A stretch of DNA of 64,000 nt from NCBI GenBank assembly GCA_977017645.1, contig OZ360238.1, positions 63,178,001 to 63,242,000 of the forward strand, given 5' to 3'. Origin of the DNA: Torpedo marmorata (lineage: Eukaryota). Under the pieces are notes generated by a model, which was not told the origin of the DNA, ran no database searches, and saw only the letters and a program-made list of their open reading frames with translations. A program made the translations under genes and the position numbers. This document shows positions 1 through 13,000 of this stretch, piece by piece (the first letter of the stretch is position 1; each line of letters begins with the position of its first letter).

Positions 1-840
1 GTCCTTCTAGTCTGTGCCAAACCATTTTTTTTGCGTAGTCCCACTGACTTTTACCCAGCCTATAGCCCTCCATAACTCTCCCATCCATGTACCTGTCCAA
101 ATTCTTAAATGTTAAAATTGAGCCTGCATTCACCACCTCAGCTGGAAGCTCGTTCCACACTCCCACCACTCTCTGTGTGAAGATGTTCCCCCTCATGTTC
201 CCCCTAAACTTTTCCCCTTTCACTCTTAACCCATGTCCTCTGGTTTGTATCTCACCTACCTTCAGTGGAAAAAGCCTATCTACATTTACTCTGTCTATCC
301 CCTCATAATTTTAAATACCTCTATCAAATCTCCCCTCATTCTTTTACACTCCAGGGAATAAAGTCCTAACCTGTTTAACCTTTCCCTGTAACTCAGTTCC
401 TGAAGTCCGGCCAACATCCTACAATCTTCTCTGCACTCTTTCCATCTTATTGATATCTTTCCTGTAGTTAGGTGACCAAAACTGCACACAATACTCCAAA
501 TTTGGCCTCACCAATGTCTTATACAACTATACCATAACATCCCAGCTCCTATACTCAATACTTTGATTTATGAAAGCCAATATACAACCTTATCCACCTG
601 TGATGCCACTTTCAGGGAATTATGCATCTGTATTCCCAGATCCCTCTGTTCTACCGCACTCCTCAGTGCCTTACCATTTACTGTGTATATCCTTTCTTGG
701 TTTGTCCTTCCAAAATGCAATACCTCACACTTGTCTGCATTAAATTCCATCTTCTATTTTTCAGCCCATTTTTCCAGCTGGTCCAGATCCCTCGATAAGT
801 TTTGAAAACCTTCTTCGCTGTCCACAACGCCTCCAATCTT
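1..840 (-). mobile_element. CR1-clade LINE, degraded 3' part of the RT ORF; continues at 1553-1592 after an insertion
   Basis: Minus-strand ORFs MEFNADKCEVLHFGRTN...QRDLG and LSYRERLNRLGLYSLE..RMRGDLIEVFKIMRG are typical CR1 RT C-terminal peptides. The host resumes as gtgtcacctgcaaacttgctgat at ~1554 (ISKFA.D on the minus strand). Confidence 0.9.
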
Positions 841-1552
841 CAAGATTCAATTTATTGTCATAGTAATAAAACAGTGTCATATTCCACGAAATTTCTTTAT
901 GCCTGCTGCAAGGCAGACAGATTTGCCACCGGCAGAAAGTGCCTAAGCGCCTCTTAACATTCCTTACAGTCAGAGAAAGAGAAGCAAAAGAGAGTCCCCC
1001 CAGAGTCACCCAGTGTCCGTAGATTCGCCTCCAGCGCTTCCGCAGCCTCCGCAGCCTCACAGAGTCCAGTCCAAACCATCGGCAACCCGAGCTCCAGATC
1101 CGAACCTCCAACACGATCGAGGCGCCCTCGGCACCCCCTCACATCCCGGTTCCGATACCTGGTACTCCTCCAGCCAGTTTGAGCTAGCCTCCAGCAGTCC
1201 GCAGCCCGGCGTGAGTCCCCCAACAGTAGTCTCCAGCAGCCCACAGCCTCCGCGGGTTCCTCGCCTCGAGTCGCCAGCAGCCCGCCGCATGCACTGGTCC
1301 TTCAGCCTCAGAGCCCCTCACCGGTCCGCCGCCGTGGTCACCATCCCGTGGGCCGTCTCCTCCGCTTCTCCTTCTCAGACAGGGGGTGATCTTCCCGTCC
1401 TCGGGTGCCCTGCTCCAGTCCTCCGCTTCCCCGCAGTCTGCAGCCCCTCGTGGCTGCTGCCGGTTAAAAGGCGCCGCCATCTTGGGCGCAGACCCCGTGG
1501 TCACGGGATCTTAAATAAAACCACCGTTCAAAGCCCATGCGGAACCGACGGC
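841..1552 (-). mobile_element. Non-autonomous GC-rich retroelement with a LINE-type 3' tail, inserted in CR1
   Basis: Interrupts CR1 collinearity. Minus strand ends ATGACAATAAATTGAATCTTG and has CAAGATGGCGGC (YY1-like) near its 5' end. A highly similar partial copy lies at 48286-48664. Confidence 0.8.
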
Positions 1553-2696
1553 AGTGTCACCTGCAAACTTGCTGATCCAATTTACCACATTATGTCGATG
1601 GGGCGGAGAGAGGTGGAAGGGGGGGGGGGGGTGAGGGACCTTTCATAAGCAGTAGGATTGCACTGTCTTATAAACTATCCACTAGCCCAACCCATCAGGC
1701 AACATCCATGGAAGGGTCTGTGGTTCCCACATCAGCCTTATTTACCACCTCAGAAGCCACAAAACCAGGCTGGAAGCAAGTCATCCTTGATCCTGAGGAC
1801 TACATAAGCTGGGGAAAGATCATAAACTATCACTCAACAGAAGTATTAGGTATTAGTATAAAGTTACTTCCTTAACAAAAATAATCTTATGTTCCTCCAA
1901 CAGAAACCAAAATTAAGAATACAGAATAGTTCCAGCTGATGGGGAAAACCATAAAAAACAATAATACACAAAGGTGAAATAGCAAAGAACAGTGAAACTC
2001 TAACAATTTGTGTTTGCTTCTGTCATGAAGATATTCTATTATCTCCTTTTATTGATAACAAATGAAAATTCACAACTTATTTTACCACTTCCAATTACGT
2101 TATTTCATTTGAGCTCTGATTTAAAATATGCTGTACTTAGGCTCAATACAGGCAGTGAAAGAGACATAATGTTTGACTCAAGAAACGGTGGGAATATTTG
2201 CCTCAGTTTTTGATCCTTATTTCTCTCCGTGTACATATACTTGGGCATTGGCAGAGGTCAGGACTGGGCTCAACTATGACGCCCCATCAACCGTTCAAGT
2301 TTCCGCGTAAAAAAAGATTACGTCAGGCACAATGTTGAAGAATTTTGCCAAAGTGGAATTGCAACAATGATTTACTGAAAGGAAGTATCAAAGATGGAAG
2401 GTTGGGTAAAAGTTGATGAATAATTGTTTTTAAAAGAGCTTGCGTCATCCGTTTCAATGTCCAACTTGTGTTCTCACTATTAATTACTGCTAAGGTAATT
2501 ATTGGGCATTTTTGATTGGTTTATTTTGATTAATTATTTCAAATTAATTCAAACAAAGTCAAAAATCAGACAAATATTGCCTCCAAGATAGTGATATTAG
2601 GATAGTTGACTAATAGCTCGGAAAAGAAAATCCACTGCACAGGAAAAGAGAAACATCGGAAGTTCAAGAGATGAAAATCTAGCCACCTGCAGGTCC

Positions 2697-2770
2697 CACA
2701 TAAGAACATAGAACACTACAGCACAGTACAGGCCCTTCGGCCCTTGATGTTGTGGTGACCTATATATTCC
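2697..2770 (-). mobile_element. Short CR1/SINE 3' tail fragment
   Basis: catagaacactacagcacagtacaggcccttcggccc is the reverse complement of the CR1-type tail gggcctgt..tgtgctgta..gttctatg seen elsewhere in the window. Confidence 0.6.
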
Positions 2771-3134
2771 TACGAAAAGAAAACTAAACTCTTCCTCTGG
2801 AACATAGAATAAGGACTCATTAATCACCTGGAATGGAGGTTGACCATTCTCAATCCCAAGGACCCATCTGAGAAGAGGTATAAGATGGGTGAATGGAACA
2901 TTCTGAGTTAGAATGAGGTTAAATATATAGAAAGTGGACCAAACAATAAGGTGCTGGAGGAACTCCTCATCAGATCACAGAGAATCCATGGGTAGAAAAG
3001 GTCAGTCAACATTTCAGATCGAGACTCTTTATCGAGATTAACATGGGAAAAGGAGATATCAGCTATATCATGGATGGGTGGAGCTGGGGAAGGGCTAAGG
3101 AGTGATAGTGTAATGGACAGAAGATGGGGAACAT

Positions 3135-3494
3135 TATAGTCTTAGAAATAAGTATGATAACTTTGTTAAAGTGTGGCAACCATACTTGGAGCACATTGGT
3201 GCTCAGTTGTAATCAAACCCCTGAGGTATGGTATACTGTAATGTATAATTATTTTAAGGTTGTGTCATCCCCAAATACTTGAACAAAAGTTGTAAGCGCT
3301 GACAGTATGTTTAGTTTTCTTTTTTCTTTTTCCTTCTCTTTTGTCTCGGTTTTATTCTTTTTGGGTGGGGAAGGGAGGGTTAAGGGGTGTAATGTATTCT
3401 GTACTTGATACGTTTGAAATTTGTGTATATTCGTGATTGTTTATTAATGTTTTGTGAAAATTTCTGAAAATGAAAAATAAAATATTTTAAAAAA
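3135..3494 (+). mobile_element. 5'-truncated L1-clade LINE (ORF2 end, 3' UTR, poly-A)
   Basis: Encodes ..YSLRNKYDNFVKVWQPYLEHIG and ends AATAAAA..A-run. 14-bp TSD AAGATG(G/C)GGAACAT at 3121-3134 and 3495-3508. Confidence 0.75.
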
Positions 3495-4587
3495 AAGATG
3501 CGGAACATGGAGACACTGTGAGAGGCAAAAGTTAAAGAGAAAAGTAAGAACAGGAGTAGTTAAAGAAGAGAGGTGGAGTTATCTAAAATTAGAAAAAAAT
3601 GGCATTCATGCCATTGGTTTAAGGCTGTCCAGGAGGAATATGATGTTTTGTTCCTTGAGTTTACGTTTGACCTCATCCTGGCAATGATAAGGCCGAGGAC
3701 AGACATGTCTGTGTGGGAATGGTGAAGGGAATTGAAATGGCTGACTACTGGAAGTTCAAGCTTAGATCCATAGAGCATAGGTCTTTCGCGAAGCAGACCT
3801 CAATCTGTGTTTGGCCTCCCCGATGTAGAGGCGACCACACCAAGTACACCAAATGCATTTGATAGAGTAGATGATGTGCATGTAAAGCTCTGCCTCACCT
3901 GGAAGGTGTGTGGCCCTGGATGGAGGTGAGAGGGGAGATGCAGGGTCAGTTTTTGCACTTTCTGCAATTACAGTGTCTAAGTGGGCTGCAGGGTGGGTGG
4001 GGAGAGAAGAGCGAACCAGGGAGTCCCAGAGAGAGTGGTCCCTACGAAAGGCAGATAGGGGTGAGGAGGGGAAGATGTGTTCTCGGATTACACTGAAGTT
4101 GGCAGAAGTATCAGAGGATAATGTGCATTATCAGAGGATAATGTCAGATGCAAAGGCTGGTGGGGGGGAAAGTGAGGACCAAGTCTGACCTTGTTTTGCC
4201 CAGGGTGGGGGGGTGGGGCGGGGGGAAGATGGGGGAGGACAGAATACAACAAATTGAGGTGATACTGGTACAGGCTTTATCAATGAGAGTAGGGCAGGTC
4301 CACGTTTATTAAAAAAGAGGATATTTTGGATGTCCTTCAGTGACAGACCTTATCCAGAGAACAGGTGTGGCAGAGGCAGAGGAATTGGGAGAAAGGGTTG
4401 CATCCGTACTAGAAACAGGGTGGGAAGAGGTATAATCCAGAGACCTGTGGGAGTCAGTGGGTTTGTAGAAGATGTCTATGAATTGTTTATCTCCTAAGAT
4501 GGAGACAGAGAGGTCCAGAAAGAAGAGAGAGGTGTCAGAAACAGTCAAGTTAAATGTAAAGACTGGGTGAAAATTTACAGTTAAGTT

Positions 4588-4864
4588 CAAGGTTCAAGGT
4601 TCATTTTATTGTCACGTAATAATAGATTAAAAACATAATAGTACATGATATACTTTAACTTTTGTCTGCCGTAAGTCAAAGAGTCGCTATTAGCTCGGTG
4701 CCCCTAACAATAGGAGAAAGAGAAGGAAAAGAGAGTCCCTTCAGAGCCATGGATTCGCTTCCAGCACTCCTGCAGCCGCACAGACTCCTGTTTGATTCAT
4801 TCGCAACCCAAGCTCCATATCCAAACTTCCAACACCGCCAGAAAGCCTTCAGCACCCGAGGCTG
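4588..4864 (-). mobile_element. Truncated, diverged copy of the 841-1552 non-autonomous family
   Basis: Minus-strand tail GTGACAATAAAATGAACCTTGAACCTTG; shared aaagagagtccc / ggattcgc.tccagc segments; 9-bp TSD AGTTAAGTT at 4579-4587 and 4865-4873. Confidence 0.8.
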
Positions 4865-5499
4865 AGTTAAGTTAATGAAATTGTCGAGTTCTGCATGGGT
4901 GCAAGAGGGAACATCAATGCAGTTGTCAATGTATTGGCGGAAGAGTTAGGGAGTGGAACCTGAGTAGGATATATAGCAAAATAGAAAGTGGAAACTGGAT
5001 GGAGACCAATAAAAAAGGTAAAACCTGGAGATAACAAAATTCTCTTGTAATTTTATCAACTATTATCACCACATTTCTGTGATTTTTGTCCAAACATATC
5101 CTCATAAGTAGAAATGGAAATTATATTTGAATATATCTTCTCTCTGCCTCCATTGATTTGATCCAATTAAAGGAATTGTTGATATTTCAGGTTGAAACCC
5201 TTCCCCAACACTGATCATGCAGAGGAGAGATAGGTACATAAGGAGGAGAGGATGGGAGGGGTGACAGGGGCCTTTAGCGGATTGGTGAACCAGGGATGGG
5301 TGAAGGTCAATGGACAGATGGGGAGGGTGAAGTTGGAATTGGGAGACAGAGACAGGTGATTGATAGGTGCCTGAAAAAGTGGAAGAGAAAAGATATAAAA
5401 AAAAGGGAACAGGTGGAGAAAGAAGAGTCAGGGAGGGTTAAGGTAGAGACAGCTAGAGAAGGGTGATGTGGGAACAAAGGTTGCCAGTGCTGGAATCTA

Positions 5500-5825
5500 A
5501 TGGTAGGTGAGACTAGGACGAGAGGGCATAGCCTTCAAGAATTGGGGAGTAGATTTAAGTTGGAGATAAGAAGAAAATGCTTCTCTCAGAGACTAGAGAA
5601 TCTGTGGAATTCTCTGCCCAAACAAGCAGTAGAGGTTGCCTCATTAAATGTATATAAGACACAGACAGAGAAACTTATGCATGGTAGTAGAATTAAGGTT
5701 TTGGTTAAAAGTCAGGTAAGTGGAGATGAGTCCATAACCAGATCAACCATAATTTTGTTGAATGGCAGAGCAGGCTTGATGTATCAGGTGGCCTACTCCT
5801 GTTCCTATTTATTATGTTATTATGG
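5500..5825 (+). mobile_element. CR1 LINE 3' end fragment
   Basis: ORF GETRTRGHSL..RRKCFSQRLENLWNSLP is the CR1 C-terminal signature, followed by the tail ggcctactcctgttcctattt. Confidence 0.85.
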
Positions 5826-5984
5826 TGTAAAGAAGGTGATAATGGGAACCTTAGGAAAGAGGTGAAGGACAGATGGGATTAGATGGAACCAGAAAGGGGA
5901 GGGGATCCAACAGGTAAAATGCTGAGGATGGCCAGGTCAGTGTATGAATGGGATGGGGAATTGAATGGTGAATCTCTTTAATTT

Positions 5985-6510
5985 ACGATGGTGAGACCAA
6001 GCACAGACTTGACGACAGTTTCACAAAGCACCTACGCTCTGTTCACAATGGTCACCCTGAGCTTCCAGTTGCTTACTATTGCAACTCCACTTCCCATTCC
6101 AATATGGACGTATCGATCCTTAGCCTTCTTCACTCTCAGGGAGACCTGCAATGCTAATTAGAGGATTAACACATCATATTCCACCTGGGTTATCTACAAC
6201 TCAATGATATGGACATTGAATTTAGCAATTTCAGGTAACAGTCATCTCCTGTGTTCCCTTCTCTTCTTCTGATCTACCTCTAGAACTTCCTCACCTCTTT
6301 TCTTCCTCTTTCCTACGAACCACCAGTCCCCCCAACCCATTTTCATTCCCCTCCTGCTCCTGGATTCATTCACCTCTACCCACCCATTTTACCCACCTGA
6401 TCCCCTCCCCTGATTCCATCTGGTCCCATCTGTCCCACTGATGCTGCTTGACCCACTGAGTTCCTCCAGCACTTATTTTTTGCTCCAGATTTCACCCTCT
6501 GAAGTCTCTT
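5985..6510 (+). mobile_element. Penelope-like GIY-YIG 3' fragment with pyrimidine-rich 3' region
   Basis: ggtgagaccaagcacagactt (GETKHRL), gagcttccagttgct, LEDxHIIFHLGYLQ-like segment; homologous to the 3570-3900 region in the opposite orientation. Confidence 0.7.
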
Positions 6511-7662
6511 GTGTAACCCCATTAAAGATGCCTTTTAAATGTTGGCCTTGCCATATGTATTGTCTATATCCAGGGAAGCAAATCAAAACAATGAATCAGA
6601 GACAGTGGTGGAAATGCATGAGATTAGGGAGGTCGAGTTTGGTGTTCACGGTGATTGTGAGAATGTAGGGTCAGAAGCTGACTTCATGTTGCTAATATTG
6701 TGAACATGCCAGTTCACTCTAAGGTAGGAGTCAAGAATGGAATGGATGGCTAAGGAGTGGTTATCATGAAAGGTTATTGGCATGCAATATTGATTCTGCT
6801 TCTCTGTCCACATATATTGCCAGAGCAACTGAGTATTTCCTGCATTTTCTTTTTTTAAAATTTCTGAATCCAAGATTCCACAGAATTTTGTTTTTTAGTT
6901 ATGTCAGGGACTAAGTCATTGATTTTGGTCCACCAAAATGTAATTGGAAGAACTGTTTGTTTTTTAAAGTTATAACTTCAAGGAAATCTCAAGTTGAATT
7001 GAAAGAGTAAAATCTTTGTGATCTAATATGAAGTGAAACAATTACAAGTGAAACAAAACATCTCTGTTCTTCTTTGAATAAGTCACTGAGTCACACAGCA
7101 CAGAAACAGGTCCACACCAAACATCAAGCACATATTTTGGATTGATCCTATTTTATTTTCCATTATGATTTGTTCGATGGGTGTTGTCCTGATTTTAATT
7201 CATATATTTAATATCATCCATTTTGTGCGATTTGTGCATACATTTTCTGCAATCAAGAGAAGAGTATTCTACCATGCCTCTCCCATATGCATGCACTACC
7301 ATTCTTCTTTCTTAACTGACATAATTTTGTGGAATATACAGTAATTCAGCAATCCAACATTCCCAATGGAGCAGTAGTACTTTTAGAGTGTGCATCTTGG
7401 CATATACAGGACCTGTACAATGCAATTGAATGCAACATGTGCCTTATAAACATAGCAGAGACCTACAAGCTATGGATTCATTTCCAGCAACACTAACTAG
7501 CAATTTATGAATCTCAGCACTCAGCATCAGCAATGTTATGTGTAGGAAATCAATCACTGGCATGTTCAAACATACCATCATTTAGAAATCAAATATAGTA
7601 TAAGCATTTAGAATAAGATCACCGAATGATGCACATGAGGGAGATCTTTATTCTCCCTAATC

Positions 7663-7784
7663 CAGTGGTTCTCAACCTCTTTTTTCCACTCACATACCAT
7701 CTGAAGTAATCGCTTACTAACCACAGAGCACCTATGGCATAGGTGGTATGTGAGTGGGGAAAAAAAAAAGGTTGAGAACCACTG
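7663..7784. mobile_element. hAT (Charlie/Buster-type) MITE monomer, 122 bp
   Basis: TIRs CAGTGGTTCTCAACCT / AGGTTGAGAACCACTG; perfect 8-bp TSD CCCTAATC at 7655-7662 and 7785-7792. Confidence 0.92.
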
Positions 7785-7947
7785 CCCTAATCTTTATCCA
7801 TGAAAAGGTCTCAAGTCCGCTATAAGTGGACGAAGATGAAACAACCTTAGTCACTTCCCATTTTGTATGTCTCAATACCACATCATGGCATTTGCTCCCC
7901 AAGCTGAGAAGAAACAAATTTACAATTAGAAAAGCTATGAATTTATC

Positions 7948-10003
7948 TCAGATTTCAGGTTTATTATCAGAGTACATACATGACATCACATACAACCCTG
8001 AGATTCTTTTTCCCTGCGGGCGCGGCAGAATTACCAGTAATTGGTAGTGCAAAAATTAAACTGTACACAGCGTAAACATGTAAACAAATAAAATAACTGT
8101 AAACAGATAACGAATGTAAACAAACTAACTGTGCAATACAGAGAGAACAAAAGAAAATCAATAAAGTGCACAAGTAAGAGTCCTTAAATGAGTCTACTAG
8201 AATCCCTGAAAACGAGAAACAGTGCCTACTAGAATCCCTGAAAAGGCTGAGGACCCTATGATATCTGTCTCTGAGGGCGACGTCAGAACATCATTCAAGA
8301 GGGTGAACCCTCGCAAGGCGTCAGGCCCTGATGGCGTACCTGGCAGGGTACTGAAAATCTGCACCAACCAACTAGCCGGAGTGTTCACGGACATTTTCAA
8401 CTTCTCATTGCGGCAGTCAGAGGTTCCCACCTGCTTCAAAAGGGCATCAATCATCCCGGTACCCAAGAAGAGTAGTGTGGGCTGCCTCAACGACTACCGC
8501 CCAGTAGCACTAACTTCTACTGTGATGAAATGCTTTGAGAGGCTGGTCATGGCCAGAATTAACACATACCTTAGCAAAGATATGGACCCACTGCAATTCG
8601 CCTATCGTCACAATCGCTCCCCAGCAGATGCAATATCGCTGGCTCTCCACTCAGCTCTGGATCACCTCAAAAACAGCAATTCATACATATGGCTGCTCTT
8701 CATCGACTACAGCTCGGCCTTCAATACCATTATTATCTCATTGCTGGTCAAGAAGCTACAAACTCTAGGCCTCTGTACCCCACTCTGCAACTGGTTCCTT
8801 GACTTTCTCATCGGAAGACCACAGTCAGTACGAATTGGAAACAACATCTCCTCCTCACTGATTATCAACAAGGATGCGTGCTTAGTCCACTGCTCTACTC
8901 GTTATACACCCATAACTGTGTGGCCAGGCACAATTCCAATGCCATCTACAAGTTTGCCGATGACACCACAGTTGTCGGCAGAATCACAAACGGCAATGAG
9001 GAAGCGTACAGGAGGGAGATAGATCAGCTCGTTGAATGGTGTAATGGCAACAACCTTGAGCTTAACGTCAGCAAAACCAAGGAGATGATTGTGGACTTCA
9101 GGAGGAAGTCAGGGGAACACGACCCAGTCCTCATCGAGGGCTCAGTAGTGGAGAGGGTCAAGAACTTCAAATTCCTGGGTGTCAACATCTCCGAGGATCT
9201 GTCCTGGAGCATCCACGTTGATGCAATCACAAAGAAGGCTCGTCAGCGGCTATACTTTGTGAGGTGTCTGCGGAGATTCTGTATGTCACCGAAGACTCTC
9301 GTAAACTTCTACAGGTGTACCGTGGAGAGCATTCTGGCTGGTTGCATCACTGCCTGGTATGGAGGCGCCAACTCCCAGGACAAGAGTAAATTCCAGAGGG
9401 TTGTTAACTCGGCCTGTGACATCACAGGCACCAAACTTCACTCCATCGAGGACATCTACATGAGGCGGTGTCTTAAAAAAGCAGCCTCTATACTCAAAGA
9501 CCCCCACCACCCAGGCCATGCCCTCTTCACTCTGCTTCCATCGGGAACAAGGTACAGGAGCCTATAGACAAGCATTCAACGGCACAAGGACAGCTTCTTC
9601 CCCGCTGCCATCAGATTCCTGAATAATCAATGAACCAAAGACAATGCCTTACTTTTCGTGCACTATTGTTTATAATTTTTATAGTAATGTTGTAAGATGG
9701 TTAATATGAATATTAATTGCACTATGATGCTGCCGCAAAACACCGAATTTCATGACTTGTTCATGCCAATAAATTCTGATTCTGATTCTGAGTCTTTGAT
9801 TGAGTTTGTCATTGAGGAGTCTGATGGTGACGGGGTAGCAGCTGTTCCTGAACCTGGTGGTGCAAGTCTTGTGGCACCTACACCTCTTTCCTGATGGCAG
9901 CAGCGAGAACAGTGCGTGAGCTGGGTGGTGTGGGTCTTTGATGATTGCTGCTGCCCTCCGACGGCAGCGTTCCCTGTAGATGTACTCAATAGTGGGGAGA
10001 GTT
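7948..10003 (-). mobile_element. Rex-Babar-like LINE 3' end (host, split into 7948-8195 and 9796-10003)
   Basis: 9796-10003 on the minus strand reads ..IYRERCRRRAAAIIKDPHHPAHALFSLLPSGKR..; minus-strand tail ..GATAATAAACCTGAAATCTGA at ~7950-7970. Confidence 0.75.
8196..9788 (+). mobile_element. Rex-Babar-like LINE, 5'-truncated, RT ORF frameshifted by a small deletion near 8870
   Basis: ORFs 8222-9022 ([29 protein letters not shown]) and 8878-9567 (KFADDT, KDPHHPGHALF); tail AATAAA(TTCTGA)n; 7-bp TSD TGAGTCT at 8189-8195 and 9789-9795. Confidence 0.9.
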
Positions 10004-13000
10004 TCATAAACATTAACTGCATCATACTATTTCTTAATCTATATTGTTTAACTTTATTTTCCTGCTTACAATAGTGATAAAAGTAAATGCAAAATGATAT
10101 TTTCATGGTGCCAGTAAGGATGCAATATTACTGGAGGAAAGAGGATGGGATGGCAGTTCAGGTTGAGATGTGGAGTCAGTAAACAAAGTGGTACTTCCTC
10201 AACCTTGGTATACATAAGTGATAGTAGACTGGTATTAAGGCTTGGAAATTAATTTTCAAGTGCATTGAATGTTTTTGCATCTCCAGTGTGCTCACTGCAG
10301 TTATAGATATAATTGCATTCTAGGCATGTTCAGAGAATTATCAAAACTCATAGAATTAATGCAAATTGTTATTCATAAATTATGATATTTGACTACTTTA
10401 CTCTGTTCATGGGACCCAGAACTCCAAGCATTAAATTTTCAAACCTAGTTTTACCATCAGTTGTTATTTTCCAGAATGTTCACAAAATATGTCGATATAA
10501 AGGTTACCTGCTTCCCTGGGAAAAGTTGCATCATCCCCTCTGTTTATTCTGTAGCAGTTTTCAATATTTGGCCTAAGGAAATAAGCAAAATTCATTTTTA
10601 AAAGATACTATAATCTGCAAAAGAAACCCTACAGTCAAAATAATCACTCCTTGCTGTCCTTAGCATCTTAATTGTGAATGTCTGTTCTTTCCATTATTTC
10701 AGAGTAAATGATAGATTTTGCTCACTTTTTTGCCATTCAACGTTTATCTCTCAACATTAGCTCACAGCTACTCTGATTTCAAAAGATCTAATCCTTGACT
10801 GCCAGCCATCCCAATGACAGGGACAATTTAATTAGCCACAATTCCTTCTCGCCTAAAAAAAATGTTCAAAGATCATGAACATAAGTGCTGCTAAAAGTAG
10901 CAGAGGATAAGGGTGCCTCATTTATGGATTCGTTCTTGTGCCAAATATACAAAAAATAATTTGGGCAGTATTTTTTGCCAGATAAGATCTGGAAGTAAAT
11001 TTAAGATCCACATATGGATGCAAGGATGTCGAAGCATATGTTTAAGATTTCCTTATTTTCTCCACTCTCTCTGAGACTACCAAAATTATGATTTAAAATG
11101 TGTAAAAATGCTTGTATATATTTTAAATTAAGGAGAAAATAAAACAAACAACTGAGACATAGAGTAGCAGTTAGTCAAAGGAATTGGCGCAAATACTTGA
11201 ACATATCTCTTTACACCTTTCAATGTGTATTTCAGACAATTAAAAATTCTACATTTCACAGTTTCCAGATAAATTCAGCCAAACAAGGCCAAGATTTGAA
11301 CATCTTCTGGCATTAAAGGAAATCTTCCTGAGAAGGAAATGCTTTGTGTTTGGGGATTTGAAATACAATAATCATTTGTGTTGTAAATGCTCACAAGAAT
11401 CATCGCAGCATCCATTTTTTTCTTTGTCCAAAATCAACAGATTGTGTATTTATGTGTGGTTTTTCAGTTATGGAAGGTCTTTGTTCTTACAGATTAACAT
11501 AATTAACCCATTAAGTTAACTAGTGTGATTTATAATTGTAGTGAACAATAATAATTACCTGCAGATTTAATATTTAGTTTAGCTCAGAAATATACTTTAT
11601 AAGCTTTAGCTTAATTTCTAGATCTCTTTAGCAGTTTGCACACACGGAGTTCCAGTTCAAAGAGGCTGGTACACATCTGAAAGAGTGCTGCCAGTCACAG
11701 TACACCTCCTAGGACATTTAGTTTTCTGGTAGTTATATGATTGCAAAAAAAAAAAACTATATGAAATGCAATGATGCTAATAGAGGAAACTCAGTGACGT
11801 TTGAGGGAGAGGCTAAATTAGTTAAAGTATCAATTTTCAGATGATGGAGATTCTAAAAATACGGTTTTATTTTTTCTCCTCTTTCTTAATTCCACGAAAT
11901 AATTGTAATTAGAATAATTTAAAGCCGTTAAATGTATTTGCCCCTTGTCTGTATATAGCCCAAGCCACTATACCTTCTTGTGTTTAAAATCAAAGAGCGG
12001 ATTTGATAATATATGGAAGTTCCGTGGGAAATCGCGTCGCCAAAAAGCGGCAAAATAGTTCAAACTTCACCGCTGCAAGATAATCATCAAAACTTCGCTG
12101 GAGTAACTCGCTGCAACTCGAAACAAAATTTACACAGCATCACCTATCGCCAAGTTTTTTGTTTGCTTTGGTAGTGAACGACGTTGGAAAATAAACACAA
12201 AAATGCATGTTGTTCTATAGTCAAAGGACTGACTGTATATTTATAATTTCTTTATTGTATTATTTTTGAATATTTAATGTTTAACTTGCCCACTTTTTGA
12301 GATAGTCAAAGTAAGATGCAAGTGTTTATATATGAATGTGTTAATGTTTTGTATTTTATTAGAACTTAAGAAGTAACAACTTTTTAAATGATCCCCGTGT
12401 GATAAAACGCTTGAGCAGAACCAGTATTTATAATGACAGCCGTTATAAATGCGTTCAGACAGAAGGAGGAATGGCCTACAACACAAATATTTTCATTCAT
12501 TATACGATATCCTTGAATTAGCCGATAAATGACAATCTCAAAAGCAAAATAAAAGCACAATGCTGAAGAGAATCAATCGTTGATAAGTTTTGGAACTGAG
12601 CTACAAAAATTGTAATAATCTAATGAGCGAAATAAAATGCGGAAAATAGTTTTGCACACGTGGACATGTTGTGAGAGTTAGCGACAGCTCGATCCTGTGG
12701 AATTGCCAAATTTTACTTTTTTTTTTGCTCTTGCAGGTAAGTTTTGGTAAGCCAGTGAAACAACTCTTGCACTTCGGAGTTTGATTTAGCTGAGCAATCG
12801 ATAGCAGCTATGTTAGGTATGTCTAGTCTGATTAATTCTTCATTCCCCCTGCGAGAGTCTTCATTGACAAGGGAATTCATTCGTCGACGACCCTGGTGTA
12901 TTTCAATGTGTTTATACATTATATGATTTTTTTTTTTTAAACTCCCTACTCGAGTCTGTGGTGGAATAGCCAAAAATCGCCTTCTGTTATTGTCAATATG

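Larger units (their letters stand above)
2935..4970 (-). mobile_element. Penelope-like retroelement (RT thumb, GIY-YIG end and 3' terminus), degraded, with two nested insertions
   Basis: Minus-strand peptides FLDLSVSI..DIFYKPTDSHRSLDYTSSHP and ELPVVSHFNSLHHSHTDMSVLGL. Decayed terminal/hammerhead-like segment at ~3000-3040. Confidence 0.8.

Noticed and set aside
1013-1648. 211-aa Pro/Ser-rich ORF and overlapping ORFs
   Set aside because: They arise from a GC-rich repeat, have no recognisable domain, and the frame is not kept in other copies.
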